Below are positions 1 to 15,103 of a stretch of DNA of 64,000 nt, one piece after another. Origin of the DNA: Camelus ferus. Its lineage: Eukaryota. The first letter of the stretch is position 1. Each line of letters begins with the position of its first letter. Below the pieces are notes generated by a model. That model was not told where the DNA came from and made no database searches. It was given only the letters and a program-made list of their open reading frames with translations. A program made the translations under genes and the position numbers. The stretch is taken from the NCBI RefSeq assembly GCF_009834535.1, contig NC_045696.1, positions 33,792,001 through 33,856,000 on the forward strand, read 5' to 3'.

Positions 1-1259
1 AGTATATATCAAATTTTGAAAACTACTTTATAAACATACAAACATTTTCTCATCTTACTCTTTGGTTTTTATAACCATCATTTTTACGGACTGAAATTTC
101 TTACCTGAATAGCTAAGGACGTAAACAACTTTAATGCGGTTACTATTTTCGCTGTTTTCATTTTTTGGTTGGTTAGCAAATAACCCCGTAATGAACGTCT
201 TGACAGATTGATTTTTCCTCCACGTTTTATACAAGTATATTCTTTCTGCTTATATTTCCCTGGGACCTGTGCATGCCATCTTTGGACACCATTCTGCTCT
301 TGTTTTGTCCAAGAGTCTTCTTCAACACACTGAATTTTCTGCCAGCGGAACCATCATTGAATGATTTCAGAGGTGCCAAAGCGTGATGCCTCTGAGGTCT
401 CCTCCACCCATAGCTGGTAGCTGAAATGTCAAGGTTAGAGTCCCATCTTGTTCTCTCTTAACATGTGCATACCACTGCAGTACCAATACATTGTCTATCT
501 ACACATCCACACCTTGATGAGAACAGATAGGAAAAGAGCAGATGATAGGGGAAAAGAAGAAAGCAGGAGGCCAGTGGCCACCACAGTACCCTGCACCTAA
601 ATGCAAGCAAGTACATTTCTCTGTGTGTGTGCGTGTGTGTGTTATTCCTTGTTCTATCATTACTGAGAAATACCTGGTATGGGATTATCTGACCTCACAG
701 AATTTTATCCAAGTGCAAACGTGTGTAGTTGGCTGAGTAAAAGAAGAAGGTTTGAATCTCATTAGTGCAACATTTTTGCTCTCTGGAGTCAATAAATAGA
801 AGTGATTTTTACACATCATCAAACTGTTATAATTCTTAAGGGTATGAAAAAGCTGGGGATGGGGTAAGTTCATAGATTGCTACAATTGCAAAATCTAGTA
901 TAGTTATTTTATTTTCAGATAAAGGAGTTGAGGCCTGAAAAATATTGAAAACCTTGATCAAGTCATAAAAATAGTAAAATATTTCCATTCCAGTATTCTT
1001 TCAGCTATGGTTTACTGCCTTTGTGCCTTGGTATTTGGGCATTTTATAGCTACCTTTGGAAAAACTCTAAAGTCTTTCATCTTTTTGGAGGAAAGAGAAA
1101 TCAGTAGATCCTTTTCTTTAATTTAATTTTTTTCCTTTTGACCTGGGATCTTAATAATTTTTCTGAACTGCTTTATGGAACATACTTGATGTAAATGTGG
1201 AACAGGAGGGGAAAAGAAGAAGGAGAAAAAAAAAAGAAAGCAGAATGAAACAATAATTT

Positions 1260-1558
1260 AAAAGGGTAGGGAGGAAAGAGGGTGAGAAGGGATAAATTGG
1301 AAGTTCAATATTTACAGATACTATTATATATAAAATAGATAAATAACAAGTTTTTTTCTGTATAGCACAGAGAACTATATTCAATACCCTGTAGTGACCT
1401 ATAATGAAAAAGAATATGAAAATGAATATATGTATGTGTATGTATGTCTGAAACATTATGCTGCACACCAGAAATTGACACAACATTGTAAACTGACTAT
1501 ACTTCAACAAAAAATAAAAATAAAATAGTAAATAAATAAATAAATTAATAAATAAATA
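1260..1558 (+). mobile_element. L1 3'UTR end (young, lineage-specific type)
   Basis: aagggataaattgg...ctgtatagcacagagaactatattcaatacc...gaaattgacacaacattgtaaactgactatacttc plus A-rich tail. Confidence 0.92.
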
Positions 1559-2356
1559 GACATTGAGTGAAATAAGACTTTCTTCTTTAATTTATAACAA
1601 TATATAAAGCTTCAACTTGTGTTTTTGATACGAAAATTCAAGTTTAGTTTGCATTACATTAGAAGGAGCCATTCAATCAAGAGATTTTTGGGGGGGTCAT
1701 GCTTCCCAGGACAAAATGAATCATCACCTTTACCCTGTTGGGAGTTGAACCAGGCATGAACATTGGGTTTCATGAGGGAAAGTTCCCTCTATTCATAAGG
1801 AAGGCTAAATAATTTTCTTTAATTGCTAATGGACATAAGGGTCTGTTCAAACAGATGACTGTGCTCCTCTCCAAGAGTCCAATTGTCCTATTATGAGAGA
1901 AGAAGTAGAAAAACAATTTGTACGTTTACTTATGAGGGAGTAAAAGGGTGTGGGTAAAAATTCTTGGGGAAACTGGAAGGTTGGGAAAAGTTAAAGGCTT
2001 GTGGAAACCAAAGGCCAAATGTCTCTAAGCATGGTCCTATTGTGGGCAAGGAGGTGGGAACAGAGATCCTATAAGGAACAGAATTCTAGTGCCCAGGAGC
2101 TGTGCTGGACAGGAGACCCAACTTCAGCCCACACTCTAGTCATTACATGATGGAAATACCTCCCTTGCCTGCTATTGACTTAGGTTTGAGGTGACTGAGT
2201 GCAATGACTTGCACATATCAGTCCTGTCTTCCCAGGGAACATTATTTGGTTGCTCTATGAGATTGATTGTCCACAAATTCTCAGGGTATTTCTATGCTGA
2301 TGGATTATAAATCTCTTATTATTGCCCCAATTTAGGGGCAGAATGAAGTGTGTGTG

Positions 2357-2360
<4 letters not shown>

Positions 2361-2394
<34 letters not shown>
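2361..2394. repeat. (CA)n microsatellite
   Basis: Perfect CA run. Confidence 0.95.
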
Positions 2395-2396
<2 letters not shown>

Positions 2397-2469
2397 TAAA
2401 CCACACAGGACTGGACACACTTAAATATATATCATTGCTCACTTTTTAGTAACAGTGATCTTTTTTATA

Positions 2470-2990
2470 TGCTCTTCAATGTTAATAGCAGCACTATTTA
2501 TAATAGCCAAGACACAGAGCAACCTAAGTGTCCACTGACAGATGAATGGAAAGAAGATGTGGTATAAATATGCGATGGAATATTACTCAGCCATAGAAAA
2601 GAATGAAATAATGCCATTTGCAGCAACATAGTTGGACCTAGAGATGATCATACTAAGTGAAGTAAATCAGATAGAGACAGACAAATATCATATGATATCA
2701 CTTATATTTGGAATCTAACAAAATGATATAAATAAACTTATTTACAAAGCACAAACAGACTCACAGACCTAGAAAACAAACTTATGGTTGCCAAAGTGGA
2801 AATGAGATGGGAGGGATAAATTAGGAATCTGAGATTAACCAATACACATTACTATATATAAAATATATAAACAGCAAGGACCTACTGTATAGCACAGGGA
2901 AATATACTGGATATCTTATAATAACCTATAATGGAAAAGAACCTAAAAAAGAATATATATATATATAGCTGAATCACTTTGCAAACATTT
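2470..2990 (+). mobile_element. L1 ORF2 end/3'UTR fragment
   Basis: atagcagcactatttataatagccaagac...aacctaagtgtcca...atggaatattactcagccata...ctactgtatagcacaggga. Confidence 0.92.
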
Positions 2991-4414
2991 GATCTTCTTT
3001 TGCTATCAATTTTTCTGAGAGGATAACTGAGTACTTGGATAAAAGTAGATTTTTTTGATACTCTGAATATCTTTATTATCAACTCCTTTGGTTTTCAAAG
3101 GGTTTGTGATTAAAGAAGTTTAAGTGGGGAAAAAAGGCCACAGTGCCTTTGTAACGCACACACACAGGCATGAAGTAGCTGGCAATGCTCTGAATTAAAG
3201 ATGCCTAGGGAATGTTGCATGGTCACGATGCTGTACCAATAGGGAATATAATTTAGATTCCAATTTCAAAAAGAACAAGACTCTTCCCACCAAAATTCTA
3301 CACAGGATTACAGAATCAAGATAGAGGAGACAGAGCATAAAATGCATCCCCTCTGATTGTCTACAGTCATTAGCAATCAAAAGATGCAGCGCTGTAGCAT
3401 TACTCTGCTATCTTGGGGTTCACAAAAGGAGATCAAGAATTGTGATTAACAATAAGCTGTTTATGTAAAAAGATGCTTAGGAGATCAGACCACATGAGAG
3501 AGTCCAATACATTGTAGTATAAGTGTCTAATCATCACAGTCCTGATAAATTTCACCACCTCTTCCCCCTCCCAGAAAATACCCATGAGCAATCAATGTGA
3601 TTTGGTTTTGCTTTGCTTTAAAATACTTAGTTAAAAATTAATGTGGAATTTATCTTGATTCAACTGAATTGCTTAAATCATGTAAGACTCTTTCGGACAG
3701 AAATGAAGATTTGAACCATTTTCCCCCGACACTATTATAGCTTATTTTTTACTATTTACTGAAACATTAGTGGAAATAACAAAGTATCCTTTCCCTCTTT
3801 TTCTGTGTTTACTCTGCTATCTTGAAATGAGAGAGAGGGCGAGAAAGATAGATTATAATTCATTCTTTTTTTCTCTGCTCATCTTTCTGGACAATTATTC
3901 ATTCTTGAATAATGCATGTCAGCTGGATTTGCACATGTTCATATAATTTATAAACTGCCAGAACACAGTTTTGTGTAACTAGCAAATTAAAATATTATGC
4001 CCATTAAAATGCAGCATTCCTTATTTAGATTATGCAGTATTTCTTAGGGAATGGAAATGACTCAAAAGCATTTTATAATTATTTACTGGGGCCTACTTCT
4101 CACGTAAAATGCACAGGCCATAAGCTCCATGATAGGCATTATATGCTAAGGGTTATTTCCTTAAAAGGAAAATTTTAAAAATTAAATTTCTTAATTTTAA
4201 AGTTTAATATTTAAGTTGTAGTTATCAGAAACTATATCTAAATTTGGGGATTATTGTGTCCCTCCAAAAAAACTACAGATAAATGAATATTTCATTTGCT
4301 TTGTCATTGTTAATTTGATTACATATTTTTAGGTATCTATTAGTTTTTTAAATTATGTATTAAGTAATTTAAGTATGAAGTAACTTATGGAGGTAAACAA
4401 AATCTCCTATTAAC

Positions 4415-4980
4415 TAACATATATTGAGGCATAACTTGCATGCAATAAAATTTCTCCCTTTAGGGGTATAGTTTTATGAGTTTTGACAACCATACAGTTA
4501 TGTAACCACCATCAGAGTTAAAATATAGAATTCTCCCAATGTCCCTCTAAAATTTCCTCATTCCCTCTTGTAGTTAATGCCCTCCCCCACCACCGGTCTC
4601 TGCCAACTACTGGTCTGTTTTCTTTTTCCATAGTTTTATCCTTTCCAGAATGTCATATACATGAAGTAATATGGTATATAACCATTTAAATCTGGCTTCT
4701 TTCACTTAGCATAATGCCTTTGATAGTCATGTATGTTGTTACATGCATCATTAGCAGTTTGCTGATTTTTTGTTGCCGAATACTACTCTGGTGTATGGAC
4801 GTACCGCAGTGTTTTTCCATTCACTAGTTGATACCTATTTGGTTTCCTTTCTTGGTGATCATGAATAAAGCTGCTGTAAACATTAGCATTCAGATCTGTG
4901 TGGCTCTCTGTCTGCATTTCTCTTGGGTAAGTATCTAGAATCAGGCTTGCTGAGTCATAGTGCTGATGAACGTTTAATTG
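4415..4980 (-). mobile_element. L1M(B/C)-type 3' fragment
   Basis: attgaggcataacttgcatgcaataaaat...ctttccagaatgtcatata...ctggcttctttcacttagcataatgc...gaataaagctgctgtaaacatt. Confidence 0.9.
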
Positions 4981-4989
4981 CATTTACAC

Positions 4990-5330
4990 GTTTATTTACT
5001 GTCCCTTCCTGTAAGAGATTACACTCTTCTCCCTATGATATCAGGGTTCTTCATGTGACTTCTTTAGCCAACAAAATATGAGCAAAAGCACCTGTGCAGC
5101 TTCTGAGTAAAAGCTTTAAGAAACAATGCATGATTGTTCCTCATGCTTTCCCCCTACTGCAAGAACCACGTGTCCTTCAGCCAGGATCCAGGGAAGCAGA
5201 AGTTGCCTGGCACAGAGCCACTGTCCCCACACAGCCTGCATGTAACCTGAGTGAGAAACGAACATTTGCTGTTGTATGAAATGAAATGAGGGCTGCGATC
5301 TCAGCACAAGCTAGCAAAAGCTAACAGCTA
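4990..5330 (+). mobile_element. Old MLT1 (I/J-type) LTR fragment
   Basis: catgtgacttctttagccaacaaaatatgagcaaaag...catgtaacctgagtgagaaacgaacatttgctgttgta. Confidence 0.7.
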
Positions 5331-6029
5331 AACCTTGGAAATGGCGTCTTTCTACCCTACTTAACTTCACGTTACATTTGAAATTCACTTCCTTGGACTT
5401 CTTTCTTACTCCCTTGAGCTTGATATGTGACTGCCTTTCATCCCCAACTTCTTTGTTCTCCATTTTTATTTGCATTGGGGTCATCTTCCTGTTGCCGTTC
5501 TCTCCAAAACTAAAGCTTTAAATCACACTTTCACTTCTTTACACTAATTGTACTATAGTAGATGTTTAACTAGTCTCATAGTTTTGAATCTATAATCTGC
5601 TAGCTTAAATTATGTATTCTTGATGCTGTATGAACTTTTAAAAACCACAATACTCTCCTTATCTTTCTGCTAAAAACTTTCAGTAAGTACTCATTACTTA
5701 CAGGGTTATTCTGACCAACTCACTTCAGTTTACAAGGTACTTTCTGTTGGCTCTTTAACTTTTATTTTTTATTTTTAAAATTTTTAATTATTATTTTTAA
5801 TTGGCTCTTGACTTCCCTCCTCTGCCAATCCCACCATGACAGACATCTTCCATACTCCACTGAATGAACACTCTCTTCCTATCACATGGGTACACTCCTT
5901 GACTCAGAATTTGAAGCAGATATTTCTTTCTCCTTTGCACCCTGTTTTCCCCCCTTCATTTTAAATCCTCCAAGACTTACCTTAATTGCTATTATTTTAG
6001 GAAGAACATTCTACTGATTTCAGAGTTCC

Positions 6030-6790
6030 CATTGGTTCCTCCAAGCCATTCTCCACAAAGCAGTCCGAATGACTTTTAAAATCACATATCCACCGTCCCT
6101 TCTGTCTACTTAAATTATTTCACTGAGACTTAGGATAAGCACTAACATCTTGAGGTCCCATGGGTTGGCCTCTATCTACCTTTTCAGCCTCTTCCCTTAC
6201 CTCTCTTAGCATTCTGGGCCATAGTGGTCCTCTTTTTGTTTACTTGAACATCATGCTCCCTCCCACTGTGGGATCTTTGTGTTTGCTATTTTCTCTGCCT
6301 AAAATATTATTCTTTTATCTCTCCTTTCCTACTTAACTCTTTCTTATCCTTCAGCTCAATCCTATTATTGCTTCCTCAGAGAAGCCTTCCCTGATTTCTC
6401 TAAGCATGTCTAAACTTCTTAATATAAGCTTTTGTAGCACCATATATCTACCCCTCCTTCAGTGTACTTACCACAGTTGTAATTTTACATTTATCTATGT
6501 GATTATTGCATCAGCTACCTGTTTGGGCTTCAGTGTTGCAGATCCATCCCACCCATGGAACCATAATATCTGGCACATTATTTGCTGGATGTTTCTCAAA
6601 GACCTGTAGCCATGATACATGGACCCTTATCCCTGTATGTGCACCCATACTGACTTGTCGTCCTGTATTGATTTGTAATTTAGATCTCTCTTACTCTGTA
6701 CTGGTATTTCTTCTTATTTGCAAATCCCACCACTATACCAACAAATACAGGCATCTAGTAGGTTCCATACTATATGCTGAATAAATGATT
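6030..6790 (+). mobile_element. L2 3' region fragments
   Basis: ccattctccacaaagcag...ctttgtgtttgctattttctctgcctaaaat...tcctcagagaagccttccctga...ggcatctagtagg..gctgaataaatga. Confidence 0.75.
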
Positions 6791-6973
6791 TCTAGTTATT
6801 CTTGAATAAGAACACTCATAGATTGAAGGTTAGTCTATGTAGCAAAATTAACATATTTAAATGCATCCATATTCAGCCACTTCAAAAAATTTCAGTCCAT
6901 AGTTTCATTTACATACCCAAACGAAACTGTTTAAATAAAACCATTGAATGCCTACTATTATCAGCACTATTAT

Positions 6974-7131
6974 TAGAGTTGCCAGATAAAATTTCAACCA
7001 TAAATAAATGTTAGTATATGTTTTCAATATTAAATAGGGCAGAATTATACTAAAAATTTATCTGTGGTTTATTTGAAAATCAAGTTTAGCTAGGAATCCC
7101 TCATTTTTCTTTGCTTAGTCTGGCAATGCTA
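6974..7131. mobile_element. MER53-like hAT MITE (internally deleted)
   Basis: Terminal inverted repeats tagagttgccaga...tctggcaatgcta; internal tttatttgaaaatcaagtttagct. Confidence 0.75.
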
Positions 7132-8689
7132 ACTTAGATACTCCTTGAAATGATACTGGCTGCTCTCCATTGAGTGCTGTTTTTATTTCATCTTTACAAT
7201 CAAAGGAGTAGGTCCTATAAGCATTCACTTTGAACATATGGAGAAACTAAGGCTAGGAATAAAGAACTTGTTCAGAGTCACATGACTAACAAATGGTAAG
7301 TCTTATATACCTTTTAAGATATATGAGAATTCAGAGTCTGCACTTCTAACCACCATAATATATCACTATCTAAGCTATTGAACATATACCAGGCAACTAT
7401 AGAGACAACACAGAGACTTTTTCATTGAGTGCTCTGAATATTTTGTAACTATGGCAATCCAGAGATCCCAGTGTAAAACCTAACACTGGATTTGTGAAAC
7501 AGCAAATGAATTTCTGACACCCCCTCAGAAATTTCAGATGTTTTAGCCACTATATGGATTGTGAATTTACATAAATATGCTACAGTATCACCATCTGTTT
7601 AAGTTATAACCTTGGGTCTATTATTACTCATGAGTTAACTATTTTAGAACTTTTGATGACATAGAGAAGAATCTCAATATAGTTTTCATGTCCTTAAATC
7701 AATGTAATGGATACCTCCCCTGGTGACAAAAATATCTCTAAGATCAAGTTTTCTTTAAGAATGTATAGAGATTTGCACTAAATTCATCATTTTATTTCAG
7801 TAGGAACTTTAAATATTAAGAAACTACCCAGGGCTTTCCATCTTAATCATGTGAATACAATGTGAACAGGTCCATTTTTTTGGTGTGGTATTACTTTTGA
7901 ATCTCTTTTGTAAGTATTAATCCCCTCTCTTTATACTGAACTGTTAGGTGACTTAAAGTAATTTCTGAGTTCTATCTAAAAGGTAGCTTGGGTACAGTGA
8001 TGGGTTAAGTGATTTTTGTGCAGAGTTTAAATAGCAGCTTCAAAGATGAGAAGGAAGAACTTTTAAGGTATATCGTGTGTCAAGCATGTTGGGGCTTCAA
8101 GGTGTGGTGGATTCTATCATTCCTTTACAGTCTTCTTTGCAGGAAAAGAAGACTCCTTGGGTTTCATGCAAAGTAAATTTCTGAATCTGACCAGTGTAGG
8201 TGATTCCAATAGCCTTTGAGGTCAACACAAAAATGAAAACTTTCAGGGTTTTGCAAAAATGTATATATTTAATGCTGTGCAACTGCTAAACTATACAGTT
8301 TTTGTTGAAGAAACTTAAAATGATTCGCTAACAGTCTATAATTTTACATTCTTTTGGCTTAAAGGGAAAAAAAGAAGACTAGAATTCCAGCAGAATTCAA
8401 TGATTATTATTTACTATTCATACTTCTTATCACTTTGATTTTTCATCAGTCAATGAAGTTAATTTACTCTTCCATTAAAAAAATAAAACTTTCATCATTA
8501 GATAACTTTCACCAAGTAGTGAATTTCAGACGTAGATTGAAAATGGCTATAGCCCACGCTGAACTCATACACGTTCTCTCCCTGGCTCATTTATTGTAGC
8601 TCCCTCATGCTTTCTCACCCTTTTCACACCAGTCCCCCGAGATCTTGTCACTCAGCACACCCAGGGATAAAACGCCCTCCTAATCTGAC

Positions 8690-8925
8690 GTGGCGGCCAT
8701 AGCACAGAGTCAACAGTGCGCACTCTTGAATCAGTCAGACCTAAATTCAAATCCCAGGTCTGCTTATTAGCTGTGGCCAAGGGCTGAGTATTTAACAATT
8801 CTCCCCATCAATGTATTCACTCCATAATCACAAGTATATTATCACTGACTTCTTAGGCTGCAGTGAATGTTGAATGGATAATGCATGAGAATCATAGGCA
8901 GACAGTAAGCAGTCAGAATGTTAAC
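8690..8925 (+). mobile_element. MIR SINE
   Basis: agtcagacctaaattcaaatcccaggtctgcttattagctgtg...tgaatggataatgcatg. Confidence 0.75.
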
Positions 8926-11900
8926 CAACCACCATCATCATCATCATCATTTCATGTCAGGAAACTGTGAATAGCTTGCCTCTGTAAATAAGAAAAGAAA
9001 AAAAAAATCCCAGTTTTCACTTTCCTGCTAACCTATATACTTGAACCTCTCCTCTCAACTTTCCTATTAATGAGCTGCCTCTAATGTAGGTATTTCTTTA
9101 GATTTCAAAATGTATCACAGAAAAGCTATTAAATTTGATAATATTAGTGAAAAACAACAGAGCAGCATATATTGCTGATTTTGCTTGCTTATACCCATTC
9201 CCCACATGTCACTACTCTTTAACCAATAGACTGGATTTGCATTTGAGCACAGCCTCCAAAAAGAAAATAAATGTATTAATTTGCATAAATTATCAAAGGA
9301 GTGCTCATCCAGAATAAAATCATTTCCTGATTTAGAAAAGAGAATTGGAGCAAATATTTCTTATTTTGTTAAAAGCATTATCTTTGGGTTTTACAAAGTG
9401 TGTTATAACCTCAGTGCTCTTCAGTGAGAAATATACTAATGCCCTTTCTTCCATGTTAAATGTCACTTCACCACCCTGACTTTTTTTTTTTTTTTTCAAC
9501 CTGATGGAAATATTGCCCAGTCATCAATATCTTGAGAGAAATCCCATTGGTCTGTTAGATAATTATTCGTATCAAAACAGTCTCTCTCAGTCTTCTCTCT
9601 GTTTTTCTGTCTTTCTCTTTTCTTGCTCTTCTTCTGTCTTCAGACCTCATTGTCTATAACAAACCATTCTCTTAGGACACAAAAAATTAATCTTCCCTTC
9701 CTAGCGGTGTTGGGGTTATGCGTGTTGTTGGGTTTTTTGTTTGTTTCTTTTGTTTTGTTTATTTTATTTTATTTTATTTTTTGCTAGATATCCATGTATC
9801 CTTACACAAAGGAGACTTGTAAAGGTCTATATTTGCATACTCATTAGGTAGTTTCATGCATCTGCATCTTAAAAACTCTGTCAATACTTGGAGTAGCAGA
9901 TATTTTGCCATAAAATAAACTTGAAAATCTTTTGCAGTGGTGATTGCAAAAATATATCTGTTGGTCCAGTCTTTACTATAAATGTTGTTCTTAATAAATA
10001 ATAAATATTCAATATTTCCTTTTGTAGGAAAATTAAAAATAGAGCTTGGGAAGGTAGCACTGGTTTCTGTTTAGTTATATATTTTTATCAAAATAAGTTC
10101 CACAAATCTCCTGTGCAGAAATTCTGTGGTGAATATTTGAAAAAAATTGAAAAATTAATATGGGTATTAAGCATTCAATATTCAAGTTTGTTCCTTTAAT
10201 AAATATTTGTTAAGAGACTTGTACATGGCAAACTTTGAGCAAAGTAGTAAGGATAGAGTGTTGAGTGAGATACCATATCCAGGTTCCTATTTTCACATAG
10301 TTTGCATTCTAAGGAAGACACATGTCAATAACTAATATTGTCTTATGCACAACTCTGGGAAGAAATTGGTTCAATAAGAATGTCTACAGGACTAGATGGG
10401 GAGTAGGGGTGAATCAGAAAAATATGAAGACCTAGAATAAAATAAAATAAAAATAAAAAGAATAACAGACCATATGATTAACTAAAAATGGTTTCCTTTT
10501 GTGTGTGTTTTTTAAATTAACCTATCATATATATAGTTACAGAAAACTGGGTTCTCTCTGTTGTACCCAGATTAAACTAGAACGATCCTTGAAGGAAAAA
10601 TTTGTATTCTGAAGTCTGCTGTTTTCATCAGTTTGGGGATAGGACATAAATTCTTTAGGTGGATCATGGCTCCAAAACTTAAATTAACAAACATGATTTT
10701 ATATAGCAATACACTGTTAAATTTCTTTGACTACCACTACTTTGGGACTGTAACTCACATATAATGAAATTGCAATTATGACTAGAAGATTACTTACATC
10801 AGAAAGTCACATATGTAATGGAAAGGGACTCTAATTCATAAGTTGGCAACATTTATTAAGCTCTTCCTTTGGGCCAGATCTAGAACTTTGGGTTTGTAGT
10901 AGAGTATTTATCCCCCTCTAGGGGAAATCAGGAAGCTTTTCCCCAAAGAATATTTTTGCTAGGTTTTTAAGTGTAAATGTGACGTGAGGAATGAACATAT
11001 CAGGGCTATGGAGAAGCTGGGACAAACTCACCCGGGTTTGAAAGGGCTTTGCATGTTCAGAGGACAAAGGAAATAGAGCGGATCATCGGAAAGCAGCAGC
11101 GGCATTTTGTATACCATACTCAAGAGTTTACATTGTACTGTGAGGTTAGCTGGTGAGCCATTAGCAATACTTAAGTAGCAGAGTGACAAGATCCGATTTA
11201 CATTTTAGAAAGTTTTCTCCGCTATTAATGTGAACTATGATCTGAGGCTTGATCAGACCACGGTGAAACAGACAAACAACACAGCAGTAATCTGGCTAAG
11301 AGATGATCTCACTCTACCCAGTCCATAATCTGGAATCATTACACGTGTGGTAGGTATTCCTAATGTGAAATCACAGTGAAGTTTAATACATATAGGACGG
11401 TGAGATTACACCTTAAACGAACAAAAACACCAACTTGACTACTAAAAGTTAACATCATGGGTGAACAGTTTTTGATCAGAGGGGCAGGAAGCCGCAGCAC
11501 ATGGGGTATAACCCTCATAAGCAGCATATGAATTTTTATCTTAGACCCACACAGTGAAAATCAGGGCTTTAGATTTTATATAGCTTCTTAAACATCAAAC
11601 AAAAGCTAAAATGTTTAGACCCACTTATGTTCCTTTTCTTATCCTTTACAGATGACTTGCATTTCTGTATTTCTTTAATGCTGTGGTCACTATGTCAATT
11701 TCTTCCCAGGGGCAGCTGATGGGATCTAAAGTTGCCGGGCAAACTCTCTGCCTTGGGTTTCTAAGCAACACGCTGTGCATGCGGTCAGAGTTGAAGTTTG
11801 TTGTAGTCCAGGGTGCTTTGGCTGCTGCAGAAAGGTTTATTTGTGGTTCGGTTTTGTTTTAAAAATTTTCAGCCATGCTTATTGGTAGCTTATCATCAAA

Positions 11901-13159
11901 GGCATAAAACTGTCTACCATAAGGAAAGTTGCAGTTCTGCCAAAAACAAAGACATGAGCAAAATATTGATCTGAATAGAGTCAGATTCACTGATGCCATC
12001 TTTGAAACAATTTTCTTGCTTCTCTGACTTTAACATGTTTCTGTGTAATGATTTCCCCTGTTTGTCAAGAAAATCAGCGACATATTCCCAGGCACGGGGT
12101 AGGGGGCGGATACAAGGGGGAATGAGGAGAGTCTCCTTTTCCTGTGCTGCTAAATCTTTTTTAATCCAGCAGACCTCAGGTCCTGCTGAGGAAAGTAAAG
12201 CCTGCTGATTCCCCTTTTGCCATCAAGCGTGGACTGCCATTTTTGGGAGAGAAATGTCCTTAGAACATGGGAAGGGCATACCCGGCTCTCCGGCTCTGAG
12301 ATACAACAGAGTCTGCAAAGCCCACAAGATAATCTCAGGGGTGCCCATTCCCACTCTGTTGAATCCTGTCTGGGGACTGGGAATCTGGGACCTATCCTTG
12401 TTGACTTTCTGAATCACTTATTAGTTCTCTCAGGCTGTGAAACCAGAAAATCTAGTCATGGAAGGTGCTAATTCAGCCCCACCTCTCTTGTCTCAAACGC
12501 ATGCAAATGACCTCTGAATACAGCCCCTGAAATAGCCTTCTCTCTTGGGAAGAACTGAATAATGAATTCATATTTCGTAGTAAAATGGAATTTTGAAATA
12601 ATGTTGGAAGAGAGAAGACCCTTCTTCCCACTAGTAGATCACTGAATACCATCAAAGTCCTCACTGTTTCCCTCGTATCAGGTTCTTTCTTATTTTCTGG
12701 TGGACTGGACCCTCACTGGTACCTTATGACCAACCCGTCCACATGCTAACCTGTTTGTGGCTCAATGCAAGCACGCTGCTATGTCACGCCTCTCTTCTGA
12801 TTCTCTCTGTCCACTGAAAAGGTGTTTTCTTCTCCTGTTTTTTTTTTTTTTAATCTGGACTTTTACTCCAAGATGTTATTTTGAAGTCACCTCTTCTGTG
12901 AATTTATTTCAATAACTCATCCTTATTCTCTTTTAATTCCAAGATCCTAGCCCAGAGCTGTCACACAGAACCTATTCAGTACATATCTTTAGAAGGAATA
13001 AAAGAAACTCTTGGCTATAACCCCTGTTTTAATTATTTAGGTTATGATTTTGAGCAAACTCCTTCCTTCTGCTAGGAGTAAGATTCCACATCAGTAAAAT
13101 GGGTATAAACTGGATGATCTCCAAGATTCTGTCTATGGTAGTTGTTACGGTCTTGAGGG

Positions 13160-13445
13160 CTGTTTATATGTATTCTCCTCCTCCACGTAGCAGGCCATAG
13201 AAGGCTGAAGTATGACCTGGCCAAGTGACTTCAGTGGAAATGACATGTGCTCCTTGTCAATGTAAGACACTGCAATGCCCAATGCTCTCTTCTCCCTCCT
13301 CCCTTGTAACTCTGGAAGCTGAGGTTGAAATAGAGCTGTGCACCATGATGGCCTGTGTTGGACAAAGAGCATGAGTGAAAAACCTTTGCTGTTTCTCAGA
13401 TTTGGGAGTTATTACCACAGGATAGCACTCTTCCCTGACTGCATT
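13160..13445 (+). mobile_element. Old MLT1 (J/K-type) LTR fragment
   Basis: agcatgagtgaaaaacctttgctgtttctcagatttgggagttattaccacaggatagc...ccctgact. Confidence 0.65.
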
Positions 13446-15103
13446 CAACCCCTTCTATTCTTGCTCATTCAAGAGAATATACAAACTTCGATTACAAGTC
13501 TAATGTCAGGCCATAAAATTTCTGGTTTCAAAAAAATCTTTTACATTACTATGTACTATATAAGGGTTATTTTAAAACTATCGCCAACACTTGAGGCATT
13601 AAAATGTGCTTCTATTTAATGTTGGTAAGCAATTACAATAAAATAAAAAGACTTCAAAATTAGTTTTATACAAACCATAAAGAGAAATGGGGGTAGAATG
13701 GGAACTATTTTCCTCTTCTGCATTTAATTTGTATTCAGAAAAGATGGTTTAGTTTCTATATTTTGGAAAACAGTGTTGCACATGGACTCAATTTTACTAA
13801 AAATGCGGTGTTTGTATATATTATTTTCCAAGTCATTCCTCTTTCCATGAAATATGGCTAATTTTTCCCTTTTCTGCTATGATACATTTTCACAATTTCA
13901 TGAGTTATATGGTAATTTTTTTAATATTAGAGAAAATTTTAAATACATTTTCTCCAACTTTAAAGCTATTATCAGAAAGTTAGACCAGTGTTAAAATAAT
14001 CCAAATAAATATTTAAAAAATTCAGGCATACATATGTTTCTAGTTTTAGACACCAATCACTGAAGAGACTGAACCATCAAAAGATGACTGATATTTTTTC
14101 AATTTTATTTAGAAAAATTTTCATATCAAATTAACTTGTAATTTAGTTTATTATATTTGAGAAAATACATTTTCCTAGAGGAAAATTCTTCAGGGCTTTA
14201 TTAATAAGTCACATCCTCACTTGCCATTAGTTGTAAAACTTTTGCTTTTTCTGACTAGACTCTGCATAGCCAGAGAATGAAATTACCATTAGTTCTTGAC
14301 TATCAGTATTTTTCCCAAACACTCAGACTTAGATCTTCACTTTTCTTCATGCTAACTAGGAATAAATCAATCCTGCTTTCATCTGAAATCCAAATCACAC
14401 TAGTTGTTCACATACTTAGATTAAAGGGGCACTAAGACCATAAGAACAGACTTGTGATTTGACAAACTAAGTTCAGATTCTTGGTGGTTAGCCAACAAGC
14501 TGAGTATCCTTGGAGTATCCTTACTTTCTCGAAGCCTCTGGTTCCATGTTTACAAATGTGGGTATTGACAGTTATCTGCCTCACACATTTGTTACAAGAT
14601 ATAAGTGAGATGTGACATTTAATTCCAGAACCACGAGTTCCATAAAGACATTTTCCTGTTTGTTCATTCTGTAGCTCCACCCTGCCTTACACGGAGGAGA
14701 CTTGTCTAATGTTTATTGAGTCAATGATAGAATAAACATTGAAGGAATAAATGGATTAATGATTGAATAAACAACTTTACACAGTATAAAATGCATTGAG
14801 TAAGTTCTATGAATGATAGTTATCATTATTACTATCATTTCTATTTCATAATACACTATCTACTTTTACCCTTAAACTCACCTAAGATTTTGTGATTTGA
14901 CTCTTTAAAGAAAAGGTTTTGATCAGTTTTTATAATTTTGATAAATCACACTGCTGTGGCCCCAAATTCTAGACTACTATGAAGAAAATTCTTCTACAGC
15001 TCCAGTGAAAACCGTTCATTCTTCTCTGTATTCTAGGTCAGTCCACAGAGATTGTTACCATCTTTACTTTCAGGATTTAATTCACTTAAGATACATTCAT
15101 TCA

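Noticed and set aside
1151..1510. Hydrophobic 119-aa ORF, and similar ORFs at 50766, 60124 and 61080
   Set aside because: Readings through L1 3' ends or simple repeats.
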